Source of the DNA: Spirochaetales bacterium
GTDB lineage: Bacteria; Spirochaetota; Spirochaetia; JAFGXN01
Assembly: GCA_016936615.1 (NCBI GenBank)
Contig: JAFGXN010000141.1
Span: 6,053 to 70,052, forward strand
DNA: 64,000 bases
Reading direction: 5' to 3'
The translations under genes were made by a program, and so were the position numbers. Shown one piece after another: positions 30,858-40,049 of this stretch. How positions within the stretch are numbered: position 1 is the stretch's first letter; each line of letters starts with the position of its first letter. A model generated the notes under the pieces. The model made no database searches, had not been told where the DNA came from, and saw only the letters and a list, made by a program, of their open reading frames with translations.

Positions 30858-31605
30858 CTCGAACAACAAAGGATCGCAGCAGAAGATAATCATAAAGACT
30901 CCCCCTCCGCGGCGAAAAATCATAATAATAATCGCAATCGTAGCTGCCGCGATTGTTCTAGCCACAGGAGGCATAATCCTTCCCCAATTCGGGATTGGTC
31001 TATCTAAGACAACAAAGCTAACCGCCTCAGAGATAAGCCTAATTGGGATGGAGAAGCTCGCAGTCCTAGACACAATTGAAATGACCTACAAGACAGTCTT
31101 CCCATTCGACTTTATGCCAACTGAATGGGAATTCAGAAGGCTCCTTGAGAAAGATTCATATACTGAAGATGAGCTTTTTTACCTAATGACTAACTTTATA
31201 TGCCAAGAACTGAAGATAAATCCTTACAACACTGAAGAATTTATTGTCATAACAACGATATTAACAGCTGGCTACAAATCGGAAGATGAGAATGGAATAA
31301 ATTTTCAAGAAGCTATCATGATAGATGAAGAAAAAAGCAAAATAACCATTGCTCTACCATCTGCGACAGTAACGAAGGTTCAAACCGAGGACTTTTCAAC
31401 ATACTCAGAAAACTATCCACAATTCAAAGCCACTCCACAAAAGTGGAAAGAGATTATCGAACATATTAAACCCAAAATAATAGAAATGGCAGTAGAAGAT
31501 GGAATACTCACAAAGGCAGAGGAAAATGCCTCAACAAAGATTAAAATTATCCTTCAAGCGACAAAATGGAACAACATAGAGATAATTAACTCATGGGAAA
31601 ACTAA
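30826..31605 (+). CDS. DUF4230-like membrane-anchored protein
   Basis: N-terminal TM helix; LTAGY, ITIALPSATV, GILTKAEENA; TTG start uncertain. Confidence 0.7.
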   Translation: MKKKILKTLNNSNNKGSQQKIIIKTPPPRRKIIIIIAIVAAAIVLATGGIILPQFGIGLSKTTKLTASEISLIGMEKLAVLDTIEMTYKTVFPFDFMPTEWEFRRLLEKDSYTEDELFYLMTNFICQELKINPYNTEEFIVITTILTAGYKSEDENGINFQEAIMIDEEKSKITIALPSATVTKVQTEDFSTYSENYPQFKATPQKWKEIIEHIKPKIIEMAVEDGILTKAEENASTKIKIILQATKWNNIEIINSWEN

Positions 31606-32012
31606 AAGCTCTCTCTTTTTAAGAAAAACAACTTCACGACATCATTCTCAAAAAAGACAACAAGATAGTCGTGTTGCTTGAAAACGCCCCAAACTCCAAG
31701 ATAATAATAGTAAAAAAGACCTTCTCCGACAGACTCTTCCCTCTCAGGCGCTCCTAAAACATCGTCAACAACAGACCGCTGGAGCGAACTCTTCAGTGTC
31801 GCAGATCCTCCAGTTGGCGCAGTCTTCAAACTGTCATACATCTTACCTCGAGGATTACTAAAATTATATAATGAAGCATCCTCACCAGATTCTTTATTTG
31901 CCTTCCAAATATCAGAATCAAAATCAAGGTCATCATAATTATAAGAGACACCATTTACTAGATTACAAGAGACAAAAATAATAGCAACAAAAACCAAAAG
32001 GATTTTTTTCAT
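31602..32012 (-). CDS. Small lipoprotein with SmpA/OmlA(BamE)-like motif
   Basis: Lipobox FVSC; FDSDIWK, RGKM, VDDVLGAP, YYYYLG, YLVVFFENDVV. Confidence 0.65.
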   Translation of the reverse strand: MKKILLVFVAIIFVSCNLVNGVSYNYDDLDFDSDIWKANKESGEDASLYNFSNPRGKMYDSLKTAPTGGSATLKSSLQRSVVDDVLGAPEREESVGEGLFYYYYLGVWGVFKQHDYLVVFFENDVVKLFFLKRESF

Positions 32013-32017
32013 AATCT

Positions 32018-32046
32018 AAGATAACAAGATATAAAAAAATGAGCAA
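32018..32046 (-). promoter_or_regulatory. Sigma70 promoter, leaderless geometry
   Basis: TTGCTC-17-(TGt)TATCTT-5 nt-ATG. Confidence 0.6.
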
Positions 32047-32053
32047 GCAAAAA

Positions 32054-34108
32054 TTAAATCTTTAAATATTTTTCAAAAATTTTCCTAAGATTATCACTAG
32101 TTACAGGCTTCGAAATAAAATCATCCATTCCTGATTCAATAGCCTCATCCTTTTGATCACTCAAGGCCCCGGCAGTCAATGCAATTATTGGTAAATCTTT
32201 ATACTCAAGAAGTGCTCGAATCTGTCGTGTAGCCTCTAATCCATCTAACTCTGGCATCTGGATATCCATAAGAATAAAATCAAGAGTAATCTTTTTTGCC
32301 AAATCCACCGCCTCTACACCAGATCTCGCCAACACCAGATTAGCATGAGGCAACAATCCTGAGACAAGCTCTTTTACAAGCAACATATTCATCATGACAT
32401 CCTCTGCAATAAGAATATTAAATTCAAAATCACTAAGAATTTTAATATCTACTATCGCAGGCGAATACTTTTTATTCGAAACTACTGCTGTTTTTTTCTT
32501 AATTCCACGAATAATCGAGTACAACTCCCTAGCCTTAACAGGTTTTACAAGATTTAGATTCACACCCAGAGACTTACACTCATCCCGCAAACTCTGATCA
32601 TCTGAAGAGCTATGTAAAAAAATTAATGGAGTCTCTTTCTCTGTTAAATGAAGGTCAGAACGAATATGCTTTATTGTCTCTAGACCATCAAGCCCAGGCA
32701 TGTGATAATCGATTATAAGCAAATCAAATTTTTCAATCCTAAGAATCTCCAGAGCATCGCTACCACTCTCGCAACTCTTGTAATCTAGCCCCCAATGCGA
32801 AAAATTATGCTCAAGAATCATCCTATTATGAGCATTATCATCGACTATTAAGACCTTATTTATTGGCAAATCTGAGAGATCCTCCACCTCACTAGAATCT
32901 AAATCATCATAACACCTTGTAGAAATCGAAAAATAGAAGGTAGAACCCCGCCCATATTCACTATCCAGTAATATTTTTCCCCCCATCTTTTCAACTAGAA
33001 GGTTAGAGATAATCAGACCAAGACCAGTCCCACCATATTTGCGAGTTGTAGATGTATCGGCTTGGGAAAAAGCCTTGAACAATCTATCTTTCTGCTCAGG
33101 AAGAATACCAATTCCCGTATCAATAACAAAAAAATCAAATCTTCCCTGAGAATCACCCAAATCCACATATTCTAACTTTAACTCAACTTCACCAAACTCA
33201 GTAAACTTTATAGCATTGTTCAACAAGTTCAGAAGCACCTGTTTCAATCTTGTAGGGTCTAGCATCGCATATTTTGGAATATCTAAAGGAACATCTAGCA
33301 ATAACTCCAAGCCCTTCACCGAAGCTTGATATTTTATAACATCAACTACATCTTCCATTAACCTCGGAAGATCTGTCTTAAGAATATCCAAGTCCAGCTT
33401 TCCAGCTTCTATCTTCGAAAAATCCAGGATATCATTGATAATTCCCAAAAGAATTTTACCAGAAACATTAGCATTCTCTGCATACTGGCGTTGAGTATCA
33501 GTAAGAGGAGTCTGCAAGAGAAGATCTGTAAAACCTATAACACCATTAAGAGGAGTCCGAATCTCATGGCTCATATTAGCAAGAAACTCCGACTTTGCCT
33601 TACTTGCCTGCTCTGCCTCATCCTTTGCCTTCTCTAACTGCTCTTCAAATCTCTTCTTCTCAGAGATATCTCGCGTCACACCTTGAAATCCTATAATATT
33701 CCCATTCTTATCATGAACAATTTTCATTGTCATCGCGGTGTATATCAGAGAACCATCAGCCTTATACTGTTCAGCCTCCATATACAAAACCCTATCCTTA
33801 TCAATTCCAGGTAGATTATCTCTCTGAAGTTCAGTCTGAACAATCTCTTGGATACGGGCTAAAGTATCAGGTGGATGCTTCTTATCAAAAGGAACCTTGA
33901 CATATTCCTCAACTGTGTACCCTAGCAGTCGCTCAATCGAAGGACTTATATACTCAGTCTCCAAATTTGTATCTAGTGCCCATACAACATCTGAAATATT
34001 ATCAGTAATTCGTCGCAACTTCTCTTCACTCTTACGAAGCTCATCTTCTGCGACTCCTCTTTTTACATAATCTGAACTAGTTCTCTTTTTTTTTAAGAAA
34101 AAAGCCAT
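32054..34108 (-). CDS. Cytoplasmic PAS hybrid sensor histidine kinase with two receiver domains
   Basis: PAS/PAC; FLANMSHEIRTPLNG; NLLNNAIKFT, DTGIGI, GGTGLGL; REC1 IDYHMP and REC2 MDIQMP; no TM helix. Confidence 0.95.
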   Translation of the reverse strand: MAFFLKKKRTSSDYVKRGVAEDELRKSEEKLRRITDNISDVVWALDTNLETEYISPSIERLLGYTVEEYVKVPFDKKHPPDTLARIQEIVQTELQRDNLPGIDKDRVLYMEAEQYKADGSLIYTAMTMKIVHDKNGNIIGFQGVTRDISEKKRFEEQLEKAKDEAEQASKAKSEFLANMSHEIRTPLNGVIGFTDLLLQTPLTDTQRQYAENANVSGKILLGIINDILDFSKIEAGKLDLDILKTDLPRLMEDVVDVIKYQASVKGLELLLDVPLDIPKYAMLDPTRLKQVLLNLLNNAIKFTEFGEVELKLEYVDLGDSQGRFDFFVIDTGIGILPEQKDRLFKAFSQADTSTTRKYGGTGLGLIISNLLVEKMGGKILLDSEYGRGSTFYFSISTRCYDDLDSSEVEDLSDLPINKVLIVDDNAHNRMILEHNFSHWGLDYKSCESGSDALEILRIEKFDLLIIDYHMPGLDGLETIKHIRSDLHLTEKETPLIFLHSSSDDQSLRDECKSLGVNLNLVKPVKARELYSIIRGIKKKTAVVSNKKYSPAIVDIKILSDFEFNILIAEDVMMNMLLVKELVSGLLPHANLVLARSGVEAVDLAKKITLDFILMDIQMPELDGLEATRQIRALLEYKDLPIIALTAGALSDQKDEAIESGMDDFISKPVTSDNLRKIFEKYLKI

Positions 34109-34250
34109 ATATCCCCCACAAATTATTGGTTCTATCTTATTCTAGTATAAAAACTATTCTAACGAATCGCAATTTAACACTACTAAAAGAATATTAGCAA
34201 TGACTAACAAATAAGAATCATAAAAATACAGGAAGATGAAAAAAAAATTA

Positions 34251-34279
34251 TTGATATCTATACGTAAAGGGAATATATT
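34251..34279 (+). promoter_or_regulatory. Sigma70 promoter of the ferredoxin gene
   Basis: TTGATA-17-TATATT. Confidence 0.6.
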
Positions 34280-34294
34280 ATAGATGTATTTTGA

Positions 34295-34477
<183 letters not shown>

Positions 34478-34486
34478 TTATTTATT

Positions 34487-34514
34487 AAACCAGATTGCAA
34501 AATCTGGTTTTTTT
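34487..34514 (+). terminator. Intrinsic terminator of ferredoxin (possibly bidirectional)
   Basis: AAACCAGATT-GCAA-AATCTGGTTT-TTTT. Confidence 0.85.
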
Positions 34515-34959
34515 ATTCTTTTTGACACCTATTACAGAGACCTTTTATAATAATATTGACAGATTCAATCTCAAAACGATGTCTTTCAGAAAAAATCGAT
34601 GCGGCAGCACTAATCCGATGATCACTAATATCAATAGTTTTTCCACAACTTGTGCACAATAGATACCCAGTATGAGTTGATGAATCTATACACTCATAGA
34701 CCTTTTTCCCAAGATTATTTGGAACACTCTTGATTATTCCTGCATTCTCAAATATACCGATATGCCTGTAAATCGTTGCCTTAGAAATTTTTACATCACC
34801 AGAATCGATAATTTTATAGAGATCATCTACCGAAAAGGTAGATTTTTTCATCAAAATCGAGTTAAAAACAATCTTCATCTCAAAGCTATAGTTTAAACGT
34901 CTATTTATCAGATATTTTTTCAATTTTTCTTCAATAAAATCCAACTCTATCCCCCACAT
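34513..34959 (-). CDS. Fur-family transcriptional regulator with degenerate regulatory metal site
   Basis: ISKATIYR wHTH, LLCTSCGK and GLCNRC; the HHH(D)H motif is replaced by STHTGY; start may be TTG at 34944. Confidence 0.85.
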   Translation of the reverse strand: MWGIELDFIEEKLKKYLINRRLNYSFEMKIVFNSILMKKSTFSVDDLYKIIDSGDVKISKATIYRHIGIFENAGIIKSVPNNLGKKVYECIDSSTHTGYLLCTSCGKTIDISDHRISAAASIFSERHRFEIESVNIIIKGLCNRCQKE

Positions 34960-34971
34960 GAAATAAGAGAG

Positions 34972-35012
34972 TTATTCACATCAATATACAAGTTATCCAC
35001 AAGTTATGAACA
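34972..35012 (+). promoter_or_regulatory. Cluster of co-oriented DnaA boxes
   Basis: TTATTCACA 34972-34980 and TTATCCACA 34993-35001 (both match TTATNCACA); degenerate TTATGAACA 35004-35012. Confidence 0.65.
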
Positions 35013-35085
35013 TTTTACTTTAAAACATACTCTATCTGAATGATAAAGCATATTTGGAAAAAGGTTAACTTATTTTAGGAAAAAA

Positions 35086-35114
35086 TTGACTTAGATTTAA
35101 AAAATAATTATGTT
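35086..35114 (+). promoter_or_regulatory. Sigma70 promoter, leaderless geometry, for add
   Basis: TTGACT-17-TATGTT-6 nt-ATG. Confidence 0.65.
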
Positions 35115-35120
35115 TTAAAC

Positions 35121-36155
35121 ATGAATGAGTTTATAAGGCAATTACCAAAGATTGAATTACACGATCACCTAGACGGAGGGCTTCGAACTCAAACAGTTTT
35201 CGAACTTCTACAAGAGAAAAAGAATAATTTCAAAATTAAATCACTCGAAGAATTATCTCAATATATCGAAGGTAACATCAGCAAGGGCTCACTCGCAGAT
35301 TATCTGAAGAACTTTGAATTAACTACTGCAGTAATGCAGAGTTACAATAATCTCAAGAGGATTGCGTATGAATCTGCGGAAGATCTCCATAACGAGAATG
35401 TAGTCTACGCTGAGATTAGATTTGCACCAGAGCTACACACCAGAGAAGGGCTTACTCTGCAAGAAGTAATCAATGCTGTCCGTGAAGGACTGATTCAAGC
35501 AGAAGAGAAACTCCAAATCAAGACAAATATAATTATCTGTTTAATTAGAGAAGCCTCACAAGAGGAGGCAAAAGAGATTGCGCAATTATGCATAGACAAC
35601 TTCGGGGATAAGGTTTGTGGATTTGACATTGCAGGGAAAGAGAATGGAAATCCTCCTGAGAAATACATCCAAATCTTTAGGATGCTCAAATCCAACAACA
35701 TACCAGTTACAATTCACGCTGGCGAAGAGAGTGACTACTCATATATAAATGCAGCAATTCTTGACTGCAAGGCTAAGAGGATAGGACACGGGATCAAATC
35801 TGCAAATGTTCCAGACAAACTCTGTCTCGATATAATAAAGCAACACGAAATACACCTTGAAGTATGCATCAGCTCAAACATCCAGACAAAGGTTGTAGAA
35901 AGCGTAGAGCTTCATCCTGCAAAAATATTAAAAAAGAAGGGAATAAACTTCTCGCTCTGTAGCGACAACAGATTAATGAGCAAGACAAATATTAGCCAAG
36001 AGCTGAAGATAGCTAGCAAAGAGTTAAAATTCTCAAAGAAAGATCTAGTTCAGATGCAAAAGCTAGCAATAAAGAATTCCTTCGCCACAGATGAGATAAA
36101 AAAAGAGATTTTAGAAAAAATAGAAAATTTTGAAAAGATTAATAGACCCCAATAG
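35121..36155 (+). CDS. add: Adenosine deaminase
   Basis: LPKIELHDHLDG, YAEIRFAP, TIHAGE, RIGHG, LEVCISSN, CSDN. Confidence 0.93.
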   Translation: MNEFIRQLPKIELHDHLDGGLRTQTVFELLQEKKNNFKIKSLEELSQYIEGNISKGSLADYLKNFELTTAVMQSYNNLKRIAYESAEDLHNENVVYAEIRFAPELHTREGLTLQEVINAVREGLIQAEEKLQIKTNIIICLIREASQEEAKEIAQLCIDNFGDKVCGFDIAGKENGNPPEKYIQIFRMLKSNNIPVTIHAGEESDYSYINAAILDCKAKRIGHGIKSANVPDKLCLDIIKQHEIHLEVCISSNIQTKVVESVELHPAKILKKKGINFSLCSDNRLMSKTNISQELKIASKELKFSKKDLVQMQKLAIKNSFATDEIKKEILEKIENFEKINRPQ

Positions 36156-36798
36156 GCTCGACACGATCAACCTTAAGCATAATCTTAACTTGACAGATAT
36201 AGTGTCCTGAATCAATGTGAAATCGAGGAACCTCTTTTAAAGAAAATTTTCCAAAGACCTCACCAGGCTTATTTTTTAATTTTTCTCTTAAAAGAGTTCT
36301 AATTGCATCCCTGCAGGAATTACCAAAAGCCTTCAAGACAGTGTCATCATTCTCAAACATCGAGAACTCCCCAGTACCCGCAGAATCTTCATTAGAATAA
36401 TGCGACCATGCTGAATATTTCTGAAGCTCATCTAAATCCATAGTAAATATTACAATCGCAGTCAATCTATCCTGGTCAAACTCCTGCTGAACAATCTTCG
36501 CTCGGCTCTGATCTGTGATATTCGCAATCTGCGAATACTCGAACTCCTCCGCGATACCACGAACCTTGTCAAAAGGAATGTAGCGGAAATTATAGCCATA
36601 AATCATCCCACTAAAAAAATAGTTTGCATTTGAAAGGATCTTCTTCTCCATCTCAGACTTGTTCAACCACTGATGGAACCCAGCATCACCCACACGGTAC
36701 TCCATACACCAGAAATTACCCTGCAAATAGTCTGACTCGACCTGAGCTTGAACTGAAAATGTAAGAAATATAAAAGCAAAAAAAACCACTCTCTTCAT
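36139..36798 (-). CDS. Conserved exported hypothetical protein
   Basis: Signal peptide ending VQA-Q; FSGMIYGYNFRYIPFDKVRGIAEEF motif recalled from spirochaete hypotheticals. Confidence 0.7.
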   Translation of the reverse strand: MKRVVFFAFIFLTFSVQAQVESDYLQGNFWCMEYRVGDAGFHQWLNKSEMEKKILSNANYFFSGMIYGYNFRYIPFDKVRGIAEEFEYSQIANITDQSRAKIVQQEFDQDRLTAIVIFTMDLDELQKYSAWSHYSNEDSAGTGEFSMFENDDTVLKAFGNSCRDAIRTLLREKLKNKPGEVFGKFSLKEVPRFHIDSGHYICQVKIMLKVDRVEPIGVY

Positions 36799-36801
36799 AA
36801 A

Positions 36802-37452
36802 CTACCTATTATCTATAGCCTTCTTGATTGCCCGAAAAGGATTTATATTCAAAACAAAAAAACAGTAGAGAAAACAAAAGCCCATACCTGCTAAATGTGC
36901 AATAATAGCAACATCTGAAGATCTGCCAAGACTTGATAGAGCCTGTTGCGCAAGACCTAACAACATATACAGCCCCACAATTATTGCTACATTTGAGCGA
37001 ATCAAACCGAAGAAGTTAATCCTCAAATCTGCGTACAGAACTATAAAGGCTGTCATCACAGCATAGACAGAACCTGAAGCACCAACAAGGAGAATAGATT
37101 GATTAAATACAAGAATATAAAAAAGATAACTTATAATACCTGAAAACAATCCAGCAATTATATAGAAGAAAAGAAAACTATAACTTCCAATCTTCTCCTC
37201 AACATAGTAGCCAAAAAAGAAAAGCCCAATCATATTAAATAAGAAGTGCTGAAAGTCTCCATGAGCAAACATATATGAGAAAAATCTGTACAATTCAAGC
37301 CCAAGTAAAGCATCTTTGTTCATGCCAATATAATTGTTAACAAAATGCTCTTTTGCAATAATACTTGCAACAAAGACACCGAGATTAATAAGTATAATTA
37401 AAAAAAACAAATTGTAAGTTCTGTAAGGGAAAACTCTTTTATTCAAATTCAT
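36802..37452 (-). CDS. Rhomboid family intramembrane serine protease
   Basis: YMFAHGDFQHFLFNM, VGASG, AHLAG. Confidence 0.93.
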   Translation of the reverse strand: MNLNKRVFPYRTYNLFFLIILINLGVFVASIIAKEHFVNNYIGMNKDALLGLELYRFFSYMFAHGDFQHFLFNMIGLFFFGYYVEEKIGSYSFLFFYIIAGLFSGIISYLFYILVFNQSILLVGASGSVYAVMTAFIVLYADLRINFFGLIRSNVAIIVGLYMLLGLAQQALSSLGRSSDVAIIAHLAGMGFCFLYCFFVLNINPFRAIKKAIDNR

Positions 37453-37481
37453 AACACCTCAATCTCACTCTAAAAATAAGA

Positions 37482-38564
37482 TTATCTTTTCTCCACGTCA
37501 ATAATAATATCAGATTTTTTGAGAAAAGACTCTATCAAACTAAGCAAATTTGATTTTTCTTCTGATTCTGGCAAAAATTTATTGAAATTTGCTATCGATT
37601 TAGTAAGCAGATCTAGACCAATCTCACTTGCCTTACGTATTGCCCCAGAACTCTCTAAAAGTTCTATCGCCTCTGAGACAGAATCCCAACCATCAACAAT
37701 CCCAAGTCGCTTCGCACTCTCAAAGCAAGAAAAAAGCCTATCAATCTGTGCTCCGCTCTCCTGCGCAAAGATAATTACTGGGAGACTCTTCTTTCCCTCA
37801 ACAATATCATCGCCACGGTCTTTGCCTTCAATTTTTCCAACAAGATTCTTCACATCATCTGCGATCTGAAAGCCAATCCCCATCATCTCAGCAGCATCGA
37901 CAAGCCCGCTAACAACACTCTCAGAAAGTGAGACCCCTCCAGCCACCGCATATGCAAGCCCAAACTCAGCAGCCATCCCCGACAGTGCACCAGTCTTTAA
38001 TCGACACATCTGAAGATACTCATCAATAGAGGGAATCTCTTTAACATTTCTATGCCAAAGGATATCTAACCCCTGTCCAAAATGCAAACGCCGCATGTAT
38101 CGAGAATAAATCTCATGGAAGGCTGCCTTCTTTTCAAGACTCAGCGACAACAAGTCAATGTTCAGAAGCGCAAGAAAATACATCTGATTACCCGCATTTA
38201 TGGAGAGATCATCACCATAAATCCGATGAACACACGGTTTTCCTCGACGAACTTCAGAAAGATCCTCAATATCATCAACAATAAGAGTCCCATTGTGTGC
38301 AATCTCAACAACAGGGCAAAGTTTCAAAATTTTTTCATCTGAAACAAAGGAATTAGAGATAAGATACATCATCAAAGGGCGCCAACGCTTGCCACCCCGA
38401 AGGATTAAATCCTTACCTGGCGCTAAAATTCGCTGAATATTCTCATACGAGAGCGAATCAAGATTCCGCCCTGTCGATTTTTTTATTATAGAAGAATCTT
38501 CCTGAAAAAAAGCAACAACCTCTCTCTCAATCTTCTCCAAAATCTGTTCTATATTTCCACTCAT
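37482..38564 (-). CDS. Polyprenyl (geranylgeranyl-type) diphosphate synthase
   Basis: GGKRWRP, HNGTLIVDDIED..RRG, GQGLD, KTG, FQIADD, DIVEGKKS. Confidence 0.92.
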   Translation of the reverse strand: MSGNIEQILEKIEREVVAFFQEDSSIIKKSTGRNLDSLSYENIQRILAPGKDLILRGGKRWRPLMMYLISNSFVSDEKILKLCPVVEIAHNGTLIVDDIEDLSEVRRGKPCVHRIYGDDLSINAGNQMYFLALLNIDLLSLSLEKKAAFHEIYSRYMRRLHFGQGLDILWHRNVKEIPSIDEYLQMCRLKTGALSGMAAEFGLAYAVAGGVSLSESVVSGLVDAAEMMGIGFQIADDVKNLVGKIEGKDRGDDIVEGKKSLPVIIFAQESGAQIDRLFSCFESAKRLGIVDGWDSVSEAIELLESSGAIRKASEIGLDLLTKSIANFNKFLPESEEKSNLLSLIESFLKKSDIIIDVEKR

Positions 38565-38628
38565 AATAAAAGTTTAACATAAAAGAGCGAATTTTTACAC
38601 CAAATAGAAATATATTTTTTTCAATAGG

Positions 38629-38656
38629 TTGCCTTTTTTCATAAAAAGGATAAAAT
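38629..38656 (+). promoter_or_regulatory. Sigma70 promoter, leaderless geometry, for tyrA
   Basis: TTGCCT-16-TAAAAT-6 nt-ATG. Confidence 0.55.
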
Positions 38657-38662
38657 AGTCTT

Positions 38663-39409
38663 ATGAAAATTGGAGTATATGGTTTAGGAAGATTTGGTAG
38701 CTTTTGGGCTTCCACTCTAGCAAATGATTTTGAGGTACTAGTCTATTCACGAAGCGAGCAACACTCTGTGCCAGAAGGGACTAGACGTGTTAGTCTCGAA
38801 GAACTATCAACATGTTCAGCAATATTCTTGTGTTCTGCAATATCTGCGACAGAACCAGTTCTGAAATCGCTACTACCCCACATCGAAGCAGAGACCCAAA
38901 TCATAGATACCTGCTCAGTCAAGGTCTATCCCACTAGCCTAATGAAAAAGCTTCTTCCCAATAATGAAATTCTCGGAACCCACCCAATGTTTGGGCCAGA
39001 TTCTGCAAAGAATGGAGTAGAGGGTCTGCCTATCGTAGTAACTCCACTCAGAGAGAACTCTAAATCAGCTGTTTTTTGGGAAAAATATTTTTCATCTCGG
39101 AAGATGAAGGTATATCTGATGACTCCTGAAGAGCATGACAAAGAGGCTGCAATGACTCAGGGAATTACCCACTTTATCGGAAGAACCCTGAACGAATTAG
39201 GACTAGAACAGAGCCAGATAGCAACAAAGGGATACAACTCCCTATTAGAAATCATCAAGCAGACCTGCAACGATCCATGGCAACTCTTTCTCGATCTTCA
39301 AAAATACAATCCATACACCGAACAGATGCGAGAAAGCCTCCACGAGGTTCTTCACGACATGCTCACAAAGCTTGACCACATCGATATTTTAACAACCAAA
39401 AAAGATTAA
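38663..39409 (+). CDS. tyrA: Prephenate/arogenate dehydrogenase
   Basis: GLGRFG, DTCSVK, THPMFGPDS, EEHD, TQGITHFIGR. Confidence 0.9.
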   Translation: MKIGVYGLGRFGSFWASTLANDFEVLVYSRSEQHSVPEGTRRVSLEELSTCSAIFLCSAISATEPVLKSLLPHIEAETQIIDTCSVKVYPTSLMKKLLPNNEILGTHPMFGPDSAKNGVEGLPIVVTPLRENSKSAVFWEKYFSSRKMKVYLMTPEEHDKEAAMTQGITHFIGRTLNELGLEQSQIATKGYNSLLEIIKQTCNDPWQLFLDLQKYNPYTEQMRESLHEVLHDMLTKLDHIDILTTKKD

Positions 39410-39414
39410 CACAC

Positions 39415-39443
39415 TTGAAGTTTTTTCCCATTTGCAATAATCT
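39415..39443 (+). promoter_or_regulatory. Sigma70 promoter, leaderless geometry, for rlmE
   Basis: TTGAAG-17-TAATCT-6 nt-ATG. Confidence 0.6.
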
Positions 39444-39449
39444 AAAATA

Positions 39450-40037
39450 ATGAACAGAAGCAAACCAGACCATTACACAATCAGAGCAATCAAAGAAGGC
39501 TACCCGGCACGAAGTGTCTATAAGCTCGAAGAGATTGACCAGAAATTCAAAGTAATCAAAAAAGGAGCTAAAATCCTTGATATCGGTGCTGCGCCTGGAA
39601 GTTGGAGCCTATATTCACTTAAAAAAACAGGAAATGAAGGCTTTGTCCTAGGGATAGATTTCAAGGATATCAAGCTGAAGCAATTTCCAAACTTCAAATT
39701 CATACAAGATGATGCCTTTTCCGAATCAACACTTGAAGAGATAAACAAGATTGGGGAATTTGACCTAGTCCTAAGCGATGCGGCGCCAGCAACAACTGGG
39801 AATCGAACTGTTGATACAGCAAGATCCGAGGAGCTTGTAGAACAGGTGATAGATCTTGCTGCCAAAATTATAGCAGGACAAGGCTACCTGATTGTGAAGA
39901 TCTTCCAAGGTCAAAATGCGAAGAAGATGATAGATTTAGCTAAGGAAAAATTTGAAATCGTCAAGACATTTAAGCCTCAAGCCTGTCGAAAAGACTCCTT
40001 TGAAACATATATAATTGCTAACAAGAAAAAACAGTGA
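39450..40037 (+). CDS. rlmE: 23S rRNA Um2552 methyltransferase RlmE/FtsJ
   Basis: YPARSVYKL, LDIGAAPGSWS, LSDAAP, VKIFQG, KPQACRKDSFE. Confidence 0.93.
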   Translation: MNRSKPDHYTIRAIKEGYPARSVYKLEEIDQKFKVIKKGAKILDIGAAPGSWSLYSLKKTGNEGFVLGIDFKDIKLKQFPNFKFIQDDAFSESTLEEINKIGEFDLVLSDAAPATTGNRTVDTARSEELVEQVIDLAAKIIAGQGYLIVKIFQGQNAKKMIDLAKEKFEIVKTFKPQACRKDSFETYIIANKKKQ

Positions 40038-40043
40038 TATAAT
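40015..40043 (+). promoter_or_regulatory. Sigma70 extended -10 promoter, leaderless geometry, inside rlmE 3' end
   Basis: TTGCTA-17-(TGa)TATAAT-6 nt-ATG. Confidence 0.7.
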
Positions 40044-40049
40044 TTTAAT

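Noticed and set aside
34086-34094. A9 tract (minus strand) near the start of the hybrid kinase as a phase-variation site
   Set aside because: In-frame Lys codons; A/T runs of this length recur throughout the window
34960-35120. oriC at the DnaA-box cluster
   Set aside because: Only two consensus boxes, no dnaA/dnaN/gyr neighbours, and no visible change in strand bias across the site; whole-genome skew is needed to exclude it fully
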